From: Zootoca vivipara | Lineage: Eukaryota | NCBI RefSeq assembly: GCF_963506605.1 | Contig: NC_083279.1 | Location: forward strand, 10,788,001 to 10,852,000 | DNA: 64,000 nt | Reading direction: 5' to 3' | Part shown: in pieces, positions 37,277-49,915 of the stretch | Layout: each line of letters opens with the position of its first letter | How positions within the stretch are numbered: the first letter of the stretch is position 1 | Notes under the pieces: model-generated | Seen by the model: the letters and a program-made list of their open reading frames with translations, nothing else | Told to the model about the DNA's origin: nothing | The model's database searches: none | Program-made: the position numbers and the translations under genes

Positions 37277-40200
37277 CTAAAGGGGTTCAAATGTAGGAGA
37301 GGTATCCTTGGGCATCAGGCTCAACAGATAAGAGTTGTAAATTTGCAGGCAGCTAACAATTTACTTATACGAGGACATCACATTGGCTCACTACCTTCTC
37401 TCAATAATCCAAATACCCAATCCCCAAATGCATATAACCATCAATTTGCATAGCACAGGGATTCGCAAATTAATTGCAATACACATAATCACTTCTGGGT
37501 TCATTAGCATGACATAGGATTTTCCCAGATCCGGACAACACAGCCTAGAATCTATGCCTTAAGTTGAAAACAGTTACAGTTATATGCACCAAACAGGGAA
37601 GCTTAAAACTGATTACAGTATATACATTCACTATAAGTTAATAGTTATATGCATCAGAGATTGGAAGATGCTAAGACTGCAATGCTAACTTCTAAAAGCA
37701 CATTATTTAACACTTTTCTGCAGTTTTCTATTGTAATAAGATCAGTTCACATAGTCATCATGTGTGAACATCCCTCATCTGCACAGCTGAGGGGGGCAAT
37801 TAAAAGCCTAATTTATTTCATGCTTACAGCTTCAAATCTAATTATCATATGTAATATGACTGAGTAATCTGGCTTGCAGAAAACTGAAATGACAAAAATT
37901 GTAAAACCCAGAAAAGCAAAAAGAGGTAAACATTAGCCATTATATACCTGAATGCAGATTCAATGCTACTTTCCCCCATCCCATCTTGTATACTACACAA
38001 TTTGTTCACAGATTGCTTGCTTTTTTACTTATTGACAAGTAAAAAGGACCATTACACCTACCTATAGTATATTTTGGATGCAGGTATGGTATATCTGAAA
38101 GAATTCAGTTTTTTACCATATAAACAGGGGAAATTGTGTATATGTTTGTGTGTCAATCTGGATGTGTGAAAGCAGAAACTGGAAATGAAAGTTTTACAGA
38201 ATCTGTCTCAACATTTCTCCTTACATACCATGCATTGGTTCTATGATTCTTCAGGTCTATTTGTGGACTAGCAGAAATAAGAATGTCTGCAATATATCTG
38301 TGTTTTGGTTTCTCTCAGGTCACATCCACACCGTACAGTTTAAGCACTATACATTTCTTTCCCCCATCCCTAAGCAGGAGTTAAAGTGTGTATTAGCATG
38401 GCTGTAGTGGATGTGCATAAGCAAACACCCCTGCTTGAATCCTTTGCACTGCCTTGATCTTGAACACTACTGTCACTCTTCCTCTTCCAAGTCCTAGAAA
38501 ATTATACTGAGCAAGTTGCTTAGCCTCCAGCAGAGTAGCACATCCCACTGTAGAATGGGGCTAAAGGTCTTAGAATCCCTGGCAGGAAGCTTACACTGTG
38601 TGTCATATCCACAGACAAGAAGTTTATCTAGGGTTCTCAGTGGCTTTAGTGAGAGTGACTCATCTACCCATGTACTATCTGAAACCAAAGGAGTACATTG
38701 GTTGCCAGATGTGAAATAAATTGGCATTCTTTTCAGCTCTCCTACCCCACTATGGGGGCAGTTGAAGAAAGGTCTCCGGTGATGATCTTCACAAGTGAGC
38801 CGATTTAATCACAAACTATTTTGGTTTAGCATGATTGAGCAAACAGGGAATGAGTGTTAGGCCCACATGCTCCTGCCTCTCTCTTAATGTCCTCCCATTT
38901 CCCTTTTTGTCATGCTAATCTTGGTTAGTTTATACTACAGTCCCCCATCACTTCTAAAATGGAGAGCTGTGGTTTAAATGTCAGTTTACTAACTGGGATG
39001 AAAACCATGGCTTGAATGTGGTTTCAGATGCTGGTTAGAAAACTCACATAGGCTGCTCTTCCCTTTTTGGACATAACCATGTTTAGAAAGCCAGGAATTT
39101 ACATCCACATCAGGCCACTGAAAATCCCCATCACAAGGTATTCAGCATATGCATATCCCCACGCTTAAGCGTCAAAGGCACTTGAGAGAGAACCATGTGG
39201 AAATATATAATTTCATTTCCCAGGTGACCCAGGTTTCATTTCCTAGGTAAAAGGCAGTTTCAAAATGTTAAATGGTCTTGCATTTTACTATTTACAATTC
39301 CTTTTCTATGAACACGTTCTTATAATGTCTAATATCACACCCTTACTCATTCTATCCCCCCAAAAGGAGATGTAAGGATTCATGTGCCATTTCTGCAGCA
39401 GATGAGACATTAAAATAAAACATATTCCAGCTCTTTGATTTCAACTGATTTTGTGGGTAATACAATAAACAGAATAAGATAGCTGAAACCAATAAAATCT
39501 GATTTATAGCATTAAAGGCAATCTTTATAGCACTTATTTATGGTACATTACATCCAAAATCCAATTTCACAGGCTGCCGTTTGAAACTTTCTGCTCAATC
39601 ATAAATACAGTACATACTGCATACCTCAATGGCATAAAGTTAGATTGCATAAATGGCTGCATTCCCAGAAGGTATGGCAATTCGGATACCATGGTGGTGA
39701 ATATGTTTAACAGTAATTTCCCTAACCAGCTTTCCAACCAAGAAGTTCCAGTCAGTGCTCTATAAGCACAGAAAATATACTCACTACTTTCGCAATGAGA
39801 TAACGTATTTATTAATATGCATAAGATACCCTGTGCCTAAATAGGAAATTGGTATCCCACTGAATACTTGCAAAACATCAAGCTCCAGAAATGTATGAGA
39901 TGCCTAATTCCTTAAAGCAAATAGAGACTTTTTGGTAATAAAAACAAGCTATCTCCCAAGCCTCATGCTAAATACATCAAACAACCCAAGCCCTCTTCAG
40001 GCAATCATAACAGGGTTTCAAATAATACATGAGAAGGGGAGAATAAGACCAAGTATGCTAGCTCTACACCTTGCCCCAGTTGCCCTCTGCAAATTCAAGG
40101 ACAACAGTCTGCAGCAGGGAAACCTCCTCTGCTCTTGGGAGACATTTCTGAGCCTTGATTTGCCAAGATTCTGATACCTGTAGAAGCAGCAGTTGCCCTT

Positions 40201-42314
40201 GATCATGTGGAAGGTGAAGTGGAGAGGATCTAGCATGCTCATCCACACTCCCCCGCCTCATGACCTCATTATGAATGCCTCAATAGGGCTCTAATAGGAT
40301 GTACAGCTAAATCTGGCCCAACTTCAAATGTTATTTCATCACTTCGTATTGAGAATTTATCCCAGCCTTCTAAGCGATAGGGAAAATATATGCAGACAGA
40401 GATCCCATTCACTGTAAAGGATGCTATGATGCTTACACAGACTCTGCTCATTCTGTTTTGCTTCTGGTCCTGCGGCGCATGCTGCCACTGTGATGGAAAG
40501 TGTATTACTTACCACGTAGTAAACAAGGCATCTGTCATCCGTGTGTGTTTAGAAATTAAAGTTCAAAAACCAGAAAGAATAATATTCAATAGCCTGTATG
40601 TCATGTGAATATTTTAAAAATATTTTTCATCTGTTTCAATCGAATGTACAAAGCTGCCTTGGTTTTATATTCTAATATACAGCAATTTAGAATTTTCCTT
40701 CCAATTTACAGCAAAAAGAAGAAAATCATTTCTTGAATCTTGCCCTTTAAGATAATTTTCCTAGAGTGTCTTTACTCATTTACTTCAAAGGCACAGGACA
40801 CATTCAGCTTTAGTTTCTACAATCATTGTCATGAAAAGGGCAAGGAATAGTATCTGACTTTTAGAGCATTGTCATTTGAATCAGGGACAAGTTTATCTTC
40901 ATTTGAAAAGGCTTATTTTAAAAGCGGGGGGGGGGGGGAGGCTTTGCAAACTACATTTGGCAAGTTTTGCACACATTTTAAGTTCAACAAGGTCTTCTGG
41001 CAGTAGTGGAAAGGCGGCTTCTATGTTCAATAGGCCGCTTCTCAGTAATGACAATTGAATTCTTGTCTCGTATTGACCTTCTTATCCATTGCAGGGTTAT
41101 GACTACTTAGAGAACTGCTGTATGTATGGCTTTCTATCACATCAGTTTCAATCATGACTTTTAACCCATTTCTCAAAATAAAATAAAAATAAAATAAAAA
41201 TTTACCCCTGAGGATATGTTCTTACATAAAACTGTGTTATCATTAAAATACTCTCCTTCTCTGCTGTAAAGCCACATTTCAAGCTGCTTTAAAAAAGAAA
41301 TTCCCACAGCTGATAGTTTAAATTGATCAGTTGTCTTTCTTGTCATAAGGTACTCACATCAGTAGCTCACAACCAGAAACCAATGAAAGATCAATAGCAC
41401 AATGAATGTTATAAACACATATCATACAGACTACGGAAAACCAAAAGACAACCACCCCACCCCCCACTTACACAGCAGGGAGTGGGAAAATCCTCAGTAC
41501 CCAAACACTGTTTTTAACAACAACAAAAACAACAAACAACAAACCTGTCATATGTAACTGCTAGAGTTGGGCACAGACATTGGGCCTCTTTGGGGAGAGG
41601 ATTCTAGAGCTGGGGTATCACAAGCAAAGTGACCTTACTCCAAACCACAGCCAGGAGCTGGATCTGCCATTAGGCAAACTGAGGCAGATGCCTCATGTGA
41701 CATAAGCCTCCAAAAATAGATGGCAGTCCTGCGGGTGTACCACCAGCATTGGCTGAAATCACAGCCGACACTGTGGATGTGGCAGAGCGAGTGGAAAAGT
41801 GGCAACAGCAAAAGTGGCAGGAGCGGCAGGTGGAAAGGCAGCACTTCCTGTTTTGCCTCAAGCAGTAAAACAGGATGAGCCACCCCTGACCACAGATGAG
41901 CTATCTCTTAAAGCTATGGCTCTCCAGGTATTGCTGTGTTACATCTCAGTTACTGCTTACCATTGGTCATGCTAGCTGGGGCTGATGGGAGCTGGAGTCC
42001 AGTGATACCCGGAGGGCTGCAGGTTCATCACCTTTGTCTTAAAGCGAGGGGACCTGAGCAAGTTTTTCCCTGGATAACTTGGACAGCAGCAGAATGCTTC
42101 ACACTCTGAACTTCTTAGCATTGTGAGGAAACACTGCTGTTTATAGAAGAAAAAGACTTTGGGTGCAAGGGCAAGCATGCTTCAATATCAGAGGAGTTTC
42201 AGTTACACAGTGGGCATCTTTGAGAAGTTGCTCCCTTTCATTCATTCAGATGAAAAGGAAAGCATGATTTGTAAAAAGGAAATTACAATATAAAATACAT
42301 ATACCCCACATTGG

Positions 42315-42391
42315 GCAAACGATTTCTGCATTGCAGGAAGTTGGACTAAATGACCCTCGTGGTCCCTTCCAACTCTACAATTCTATGATTA
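42315..42391 (+). mobile_element. CR1/SINE 3' tail fragment
   Basis: ttggactaaatgaccctcgtggtcccttccaactctacaattctatgatt. Confidence 0.8.
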
Positions 42392-42584
42392 TACATTTGC
42401 ATGTGTGTGTGTAGCCTTTGCTTTACCTTTTACTCCCAATTGAGAATAGGAATTGTGTTTCCCTTCATTCAGATTACAATGCATTCCAAACCTGCAGGAT
42501 CACTTTAGCCACCACCTGTGAGGAACAGAAAAATGAATGCCTGCACAGTGATAGCGCTAAAAAAACCTGCCCCACCATTTCTCA

Positions 42585-43002
42585 GTGAGGATGAAGGAAA
42601 AATTTGGTTCAGCTCACACTTTAATGCAAATTTACCTAATTTGTAATTCCCCAAACAATATGTGAATCAAAATGCAGCTATGTTTTGAAATTTGCAGTTC
42701 CCTGAATTTTGTGATGCGATTTGCCAACCAAACCAAGCATACAAAAAGGCATATATTAGGGGCAAGTGTGCATAAAAATGAATATATTCATGAATGTAAC
42801 ATACAAAAATGAATTATATTAGGAAAAAATATGTACAAAAAGGTGTATATAAAGAGAAATGTGCACTAAAATGCTGGTTTCTATGAGGTCTTTAAAAATA
42901 ATAATAATCATAAACTCATGAAGAAATGTGGCAAAATGAACTTAAAATTGGAAAAATGACAAATGGAGAGAAATCCAAATTCACAGATTTGTCCACCCCT
43001 AG
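42585..43002. mobile_element. Probable old non-autonomous DNA transposon with A-rich internal subrepeats
   Basis: Degenerate termini (GAGGATGAAGGAAAATT / GATTTGTCCACCCCT) and repeated CAWAAAAATGMATATATT-like units. Confidence 0.45.
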
Positions 43003-43273
43003 TCTTAAAATGTCCTAATTTCTATTTGTCCAAAGTCTTAGGCTGAAGACTTTTGAAGCAAATGTCACAGAGCCTTTTGCCTCAGTTAGTTCATCTTTGT
43101 TTCAGTCTGGAACTGAAGCGCAGAAAACAGATAAGGCATTGTTAGTGAGCAAGCATCACACCTGTACTATTTTGAAGACTGATGCACGCAAGGTAAAATC
43201 TTCACACATCAACTGCAATTCACAACCTATATGCTGTGTGCAGTCCCATTAAAGCCTATGAAACATGCTAAGT

Positions 43274-43409
43274 CAGGCATCCCCAAACTTCGACCCTCCA
43301 GATGTTTTGGACTACAATTCCCAACTTCCCCGACCACTGGTCCTGTTAGCTAGGGATCATGGGAGTTGTAGGCCAAAACATCTGGAGGGCCGCAGTTTGG
43401 GGATGCCTG
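43274..43409. mobile_element. 136-bp hAT MITE, family A copy 3
   Basis: Same TIRs; imperfect TSD TGCTAAGT/ATGTAAGT. Confidence 0.93.
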
Positions 43410-44740
43410 ATGTAAGTGGTTGGAGGAATTATACAATAAAACTAAACATAGCTTTGAACTATGTTTATTTTCAATTATTATTTTTTGAAAATAATCTATT
43501 TTTAGCAAACTCCTTTTTGTGTCATAAAGGAACACACACACCTTACTTAAGAGTTCTCCTAAGCAGAATATTGCACATGATCATAGGTCAATATCTAAAC
43601 CAATTATTATAAGATTAGGGTTGCTTTTTAGGGTTGTTCCACTGTATAGTGTGGCACATATGAAGGCAAAATGATTAGATATACCATTCTAATGCACCAT
43701 ATGGGATTTTACACTTTCCTGCGTATGCCTTGGATTGGCTTTGCCTTTAGTCTGTTGAGCAAGGGGCAGTGGCACAAGGAAGAGGAAGGCAGCAGTGTAG
43801 ACCTGACTTTATGCCATGGTCAGCTCTTCCGGCTCCTATTGAATGTGCCAGGTATCTACTCTGCATGTGCTACCTCTGTTAATCTAAACAGAGAAAATAA
43901 AAGGAAGGACTGAGCACATTACTGTCCTGTTACAAGTAAGGATAGATAAATATATTTCTTCCTGTAAGTGTCCATTTCATACATATTCACAGTCTATGCT
44001 GTCCTATTTTTGCATTTAACCATAATTTTAAAAGATGTGCTTTAAATTTATATTTTAATATGCATTTAAAAATGTATTTTCACTCAAAATATGGGGTTAA
44101 AATAGCACTTGCCTGCTCATTTGTTTAAAGCCAAACTTTTCATTTCATGTATTATGTACACTTTCTCATTGTTCTTTCATTTTTCATTTCCTTAGTACAA
44201 ATAAGAGGATCATTCCCAAGCTTTAGGCCCATCATGCTGTATGCAAGCTGTAGTGATAGTCAGCAAGCAAGCTAGCAGGATTTGTGTGGCACTGCTCCTT
44301 TCCCTAACCTTGTCTTGGGTGGGTGGGTGTTGGTTTCACCAAGTGCCAAAGTTGCAAGCAAAATTATAAATAGCATTCAGATGAAGATGGCAGATTTGTT
44401 ACTGACTTGTGACCTTGTTCTTGTCTCTTACTCTTCAGCAGGAGAACACTGTAATCTTTCTTGGAAAGTGCTTTTGACATCCCAGAGATGAAGCTCTGTT
44501 TCCTTCACTGATAAGCTGTTACTTCCATTTAAGTTCTTATTAGAGTCCCTTTTTACATGACACTTGCAGATCCACACTCACATAACCCCCTCATAATATT
44601 GTTTCTGGTGCATTTGAATGTCAGCCAAACAACTGTGATTTAATCTTGCCAATAGAAAGTTCACTATTTGCAGTGGTCAAGAGTAGCTGCATTTTCCAAC
44701 TTTGGGGTCACCAGGACTCAGGGTAAATGATCTGGATTTA

Positions 44741-44815
44741 CCCATTACATCAGCATCTGAAGCTAAAAAGATGTGTATCTGATCAGGCCCTTGGATGGGA
44801 GACCACTGGAAGCTC
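44741..44815 (+). mobile_element. Degenerate 5S rRNA-derived fragment (5S-headed SINE or 5S pseudogene)
   Basis: GAAGCTAA (box A-like) followed at roughly 5S spacing by CTTGGATGGGAGACC (5S box C). Confidence 0.65.
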
Positions 44816-45580
44816 AATATTAGCAATGAGACATCAATATAATAAACATATTTTTTAGAATGTTGGAGTCACCAAAATGCTTCACTAAAAGGGTATTGTG
44901 TTTGCATAATGGGAAATTAATTAGTTTCTTTTAACACAGTTATTTCTGAAACCATAATGAAAGTCAAGGATTCCTAATTTTATTATGTAGTCCATATTGA
45001 ACTAGTAAGTCCCCTAGATCTAGCAATGCATATTTTTCATTTGCAGCATCATGCATCTGCAACTCCCATGCAGGTATATGTAATGCCCCCTTCATCTTCC
45101 CACTAATCCCACCTCCAACCCACCTTTTCTGTGAAGCCTCATCTCATACTTAGGCTTAAAATATCTGAACTGAATGCATTTTTAAAATGTGTTTTCACTT
45201 GTTACCTTGTGTCAAATTTTAGATCAGGTGGTGCCTTGGTGGTAATGCTGGATAACAACTTCCACTGTTCCATCAGCTGAGGCTGATGTAAATTATAGTC
45301 CACAACATATGCCTAACCCTGTTGGCTACCTCCTTGTTGTCTGTCTCCAGGTACACACTTGGAACACTACCACCAATAAGTGAAGTCTTTCTTGTTCCAA
45401 CAGGCCTTTGGGAACTGACTGCTTTTAATGAAGGGGCTGGTGCCATGATGCCTTTAGGATTGCCATATTTTGAAGAGCAAAAAGAGGACACATTTGCCGA
45501 CTTCTACTTTTAACTATGGATCACTAAGACGACTCTACCCATTAAAAAGAGAATGTGTTCTGAAAAGGAGGACATATGGC

Positions 45581-45742
45581 NNNNNNNNNNNNNNNNNNNN
45601 NNNNNNNNNNNNNNNNNNNNNNNNNNNNNNNNNNNNNNNNNNNNNNNNNNNNNNNNNNNNNNNNNNNNNNNNNNNNNNNNNNNNNNNNNNNNNNNNNNNN
45701 NNNNNNNNNNNNNNNNNNNNNNNNNNNNNNNNNNNNNNNNNN
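45581..45742. other. Assembly gap (162 N)
   Basis: Run of N. Confidence 1.
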
Positions 45743-45817
45743 CTATTAATTCTTAACAACAATTTATAAAATCAGGATAGGTCTATCCTTGTCCCCATTC
45801 CCGTTGGAAAGGACATA

Positions 45818-45967
45818 CAGTGAGGGGGGAAAGTATTTGATCCCCTGCTAAATTTGCCCATTTGCCCTCTGACGAAGAAATAACCAGTCCATAATTTTAA
45901 TGGTAGGTTTATTGTAGCTGTGAGAGGGCAAATTTAGCAGGGGATCAAATACTTTCCCCCCTCACTC
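45818..45967. mobile_element. 150-bp internally deleted Tc1-like transposon
   Basis: About 43-bp near-perfect TIRs (CAGTGAGGGGGGAAAGTATTTGATCCCCTGCTAAATTTGCCC and its complement), flanked by TA on both sides. Confidence 0.93.
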
Positions 45968-46694
45968 TAGCTCTGTAGCATTGAAATGATTTCTATGCCA
46001 AAGATCCTGGGTTCATTCACTGATATATCCAGTTAAAAAGACTCTCATGTAGCACCTCTATAAAAGACCTGTGCCCGGGTCTTTGAGAATCTCTGCCAGT
46101 CTTCAGATTCACATTCTCCCTCAACAACCTCCAGAAAGCCTTGTTTCACACACACGTCAATAGAACACCAGAGGGTTGGGCACACACCTACATTAATGGA
46201 GCTTTCTGTAGGCATATTGGGTACCTCCTCCAACACAAGCAGTATTCTGCAGGTGGGACTTCCTCTTTGCTGGTGGAGTGGCATTCAAACCATTTCCTCC
46301 AGTCCCTGAGTCAGCCAAATGCAAACTGTGGGATTACTGCCTTTGTTATCTACAAAAATGTAGTTTTTCATCATTGCGAATGAATTCCATCTTTATAGCA
46401 AACCATCATTAAGTTTAGGCACCACTGTAACATCTCAGAGCCAGCAGCGTTAAAGACGGCTGCAGGAATGCAATGATGCTTAAAAATAATGATATTTGTG
46501 CTTAATCAAGTGGAACATTTGCAAAACGCTAGAAAGATAATGGCACATATATATACAATAAGGAGCACTGCAATGGGCCTGAATTTCCAAACTAATAGGC
46601 CACGATCCAGCAAATACTTAAGTGTTCTTAATTCCACTTAGGCATTCTTAAGTACAATGGAGTGTATAGGTTGTATGGGAAGGGAAAGTAAATA

Positions 46695-46768
46695 AATAAG
46701 TAAATAATTTATTTATACCCCAGCCACTCTGGGCGGCTTCCAACAGAAGTATTAAAATACAATAATTT
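46695..46768 (-). mobile_element. L2 3'-end fragment
   Basis: Reverse complement reads ggaagccgcccagagtggctggggtataaataaatt, matching the 3' end of the L2 at 4880-4950. Confidence 0.8.
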
Positions 46769-47030
46769 ATGGTGGGGGACACATCATGCTCCTTCTTGAA
46801 ATTCATCCACCACTGGTTCCCCCCCCCCCATGCACTCAGCTCTCATCCATGGCTCCTAGAAGCTGCCAACATGTGACAGTGGCCACACCCCAGGTAGAAA
46901 GCTTCAACGGGTCAGCTAAACCAGGTGGGGGTAGCCAATGTGGCTTAAACCTGTTGGGAGGAGTGCAGAAAGATGCTATGCTATGGTGCATCTGCAGCAA
47001 CACAACTGGACACCTTCATTTGCCCTAGCT
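46769..47030 (+). mobile_element. Probable RTE-type LINE 5'-UTR fragment
   Basis: ggctcctagaagctg..gacagtggccacacccc..gctaaaccaggtg..ggtagcc resembles lizard RTE 5' UTRs (from memory only). Confidence 0.45.
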
Positions 47031-47421
47031 GCAAAAAATTGAGGTCATATATGAACATATATGTGGGGCACCATCTAGATTTGGACTTGAAGGGCCAAGG
47101 AAAACTATAGATACATGGAGGCTAAGTTGTAAGCATGCACAGTTTGTGACATTGCAATTGTAGTATGATTAAGCACATCTTTATTCTTGTGTGCATGTTT
47201 ATGGACCTATTATTTATAAAAGGTTTTTTTAGAAAACCTCATTTAAAAAATAATAATGATATGGAACAATTTAAAACAGCCTCCACATGGTGGGAATTAA
47301 TGGATGCATTAGACTAGGAGTCATTGGGTATGTGTGATATTCAATAAACTTCTTTATGAACAATTATGAGACCTGCGAGCATAGGGCAGTATATTAAATA
47401 AATAAATAAATATGCCAAATA

Positions 47422-47583
47422 ATCATAGAACCATAGAATTGTAGAGCTGGAAGGACCCAAGGGTCATCTAGTCCAGCCCCTGCAATACAGGAATCCTGCC
47501 CACAGTTGTCCCGGAGTGGTCTTGAACCACCAACCTTCTGGTTAACAGTCAAGACACACTGACCCATTGTGCCACTGGGGGCT
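47422..47583 (-). mobile_element. tRNA-head / CR1-tail SINE
   Basis: Minus strand: A-box-like GTGGCACAATGG, B-box GGTTCAAGACC, and a CR1-type tail ending (TTCTATGR)2. Confidence 0.85.
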
Positions 47584-47999
47584 CCTTAATTAGAGTGATT
47601 TGCACTGATGCTACAATGAACAAATGTTAGTTTTACGATTAGAGTTTTGGATTTTGACTCGGAAGATCTTAGACAATAATTATTATAGAAAGCAATATAA
47701 GTGGTTTTATATATCCAGATGTCATGATGTGTTGAAATTCAGTGTTTCTTTCTGTGGTCATTTGTAAAGTACACTAAATCAGGTGCCAAACAGAAGAAGT
47801 CTGAACATAACTGATGGAAACCACTGAAATAAAAACTATTCTCTTCTTAGCAGCTCTGGGGATTCTCAGACAAACCAAGTTCACATCAACAAGACCACCC
47901 AATGCAGTCAAAGTCTTTTAAATTATGGGTTTTCACATTTTTATTATCTGTTTTTCTTGAGTTCATTCAGATGTCAAGATTAGACAACAAAAATAATAT

Positions 48000-48520
48000 C
48001 CATTGACAGGCCTGTCCTCTGTAAATCTGTCTGTCATTTTCAAACATCTAGGCATGCATACTTAATCACATCTTGTGATAGGTGGAATTCATAAACTACA
48101 TCTTATGAAGAACTACTTTCTTTTTCTGAAACTATCGCCTGTCAACTGAATTGTGCAATGTTTTGTATTAGAAGAAAAAACCATCATTGCCATCCAATCT
48201 CTCTGTATCATGCATAGTTTTATAGCTCAGATGGTTAGAGCATGATGCTGATAACACCAAGGTTGCAGGTTCAATCCCCGTATGGGACAGCTGCATATTC
48301 CTGCATTGCAGGGGGCTGGACTAGATGATCCTCAGGGTCCCTTCCAGTTCTATGATTCTATTAACTCTGTTATTCCCCTACTTAGTAATATTCCATTCTA
48401 AACTAAAAGACCCCAAATGCGTCAGCCTTGAAGGTATGCTGCTCTACCACGCTGATAATTTTTATTGTATTCTATTTTTCCCCACCTTGTCTAGTTCCAC
48501 AAAATTGTTTTGAGGTAGAC
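48000..48520 (-). mobile_element. Old CR1 fragment split by a SINE insertion
   Basis: Antisense CR1-like tracts either side of the SINE (cattgacaggcctgtcctct; ttctaaactaaaagaccccaaatg). Confidence 0.55.
48223..48361 (+). mobile_element. Squam3-type tRNA-derived SINE
   Basis: A box TAGCTCAGATGG, B box GGTTCAATCC, CR1-derived tail ggactagatgatcctcagggtcccttcca..ctatgattcta. Confidence 0.9.
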
Positions 48521-49552
48521 AAGGATTGATTCAATCTCTTTAGGGATTTTTTAATGCATATGTGAATAGTATGGTAGCCTACCTCAAAGGATATAATTTC
48601 CCCCCAGGCTGGATACAGTCAATATTCCATTCTACTAAATGTAGATCACACTACTGTACACATGCATGTTATTAATGTGATTTAGTCAATATTGTCAAAA
48701 TGAGTGTTGTGTATAAATTGTGATAAACTGGTAGAGCAAAGTAATTCCACACATTGTCCCTGATAGAACAAGTCCTGAATTACGTGGGTACAACCTATGA
48801 CAGAAAAGGGTTTCAGGGCAACTGCAAATATTAAGAATGGTTCAAACTGCAAAGAGGGTTCTACAAATGGCTTCTTATGATTTCATTGTACATAAGTGGT
48901 TTTATAATGTTTGGGCTATGTCAAAAATGCATTGGTGCAACAGCTGATTGGTTTGCAGAGGAAAAAATTATTAGCACAATTATTTTTAAGTAAAATATCA
49001 AACTTTAAAAAAACGCTCAGTATTGCCATTATTCCTGCTCAGGTCCTTTCTGTGAGTATTTGACACAGAGAAAATTGATAGTTGCCTTTAAACAAGCTTG
49101 ATTAAATCTACTTTCTATGATGCATGTTGTTTTTGTTGTTGTTGTTGTTTGTTGTTGTTACGTTTATGAGTTGCCTATGCATAAAAAGCCTCTAGGTGAC
49201 ATTGTTTAAAACAAACATGTAATATAAGAGAGTAAATCCATAAAGCACCATAATTAAGATACAAGAACCAACACCAAGAGAATCGTTCTATGGGCATACC
49301 GCACATCTATGCACAGAGCCCCCAGTCATATCAGGCAGCCACCAAAACTAGTATCAAAACACTGGCTGAAAAAAGACATTAAGAGTTCAAAAACTGCTCA
49401 GAATTTAAAAGGTATGGGAGAAATGGAAGTACTTTGCCAGTCACCATACAGGCCATATAAGCAACAGTTGACTTAATGAGTTTATTGTTGTGTTGGGCTC
49501 CCCCCCCCTTCATTTTATAGCATTTTTGTATGTAGGGTTTTATGCCAGCCTA

Positions 49553-49623
49553 AGATGAGTGCCGCAACTCCAGAGTCGTTCACGACTGGACTTAACTGTC
49601 AGGGGTCCTTTACCTTTACCTTT
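49553..49623 (+). mobile_element. 5'-truncated Sauria SINE 3' end
   Basis: Matches the 3' end of 51284-51650, including the (ACCTTT)n tail. Confidence 0.88.
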
Positions 49624-49716
49624 TAAGGTATGGAATATTTTGAATGGTCTGTATATATTGAAATTATATGATGTCTGATTGCTAAAAATGCAGTAAAATG
49701 AGTCTGGATCTTAAGA

Positions 49717-49915
49717 TCATAGAATCATAGAGCTGGAAGGGACCCTAAGGGTCGTCTTGTCTAACCCCCTGCAATGAAGGAATCTCAAGTAAATCATACA
49801 TAACAGATGGCTATCCAACCTCTGCTTAAAAATCTCCAAGGAAGGAGAGTCCGCCACCTCCTGTAGGAGTCAGTTCCACCGTTGTCAGATAGAGTGGCCA
49901 AAATGGAACACAGTT
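49717..49915 (-). mobile_element. CR1 LINE 3' end
   Basis: atcatagaatcatagagctggaagggaccc...tccaacctctgcttaaaaatctccaaggaaggagagtcc. Confidence 0.85.

Noticed and set aside
43265-43612. ORFs reading through MITEs and SINEs (also 13808, 29405, 34610, 51208, 54637)
   Set aside because: Chance frames across GC-rich non-coding repeats.
44741-44815. Functional 5S rRNA gene
   Set aside because: Only the internal boxes are recognisable; too diverged and incomplete.
45470-45769. ORFs spanning poly-X
   Set aside because: Created by the assembly gap.
48223-48295. tRNA gene
   Set aside because: A and B boxes are present but there is no acceptor stem or T-run terminator, and it continues into a CR1-type tail; it is a SINE head. 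The same applies at 51284, 47583 and 6605.
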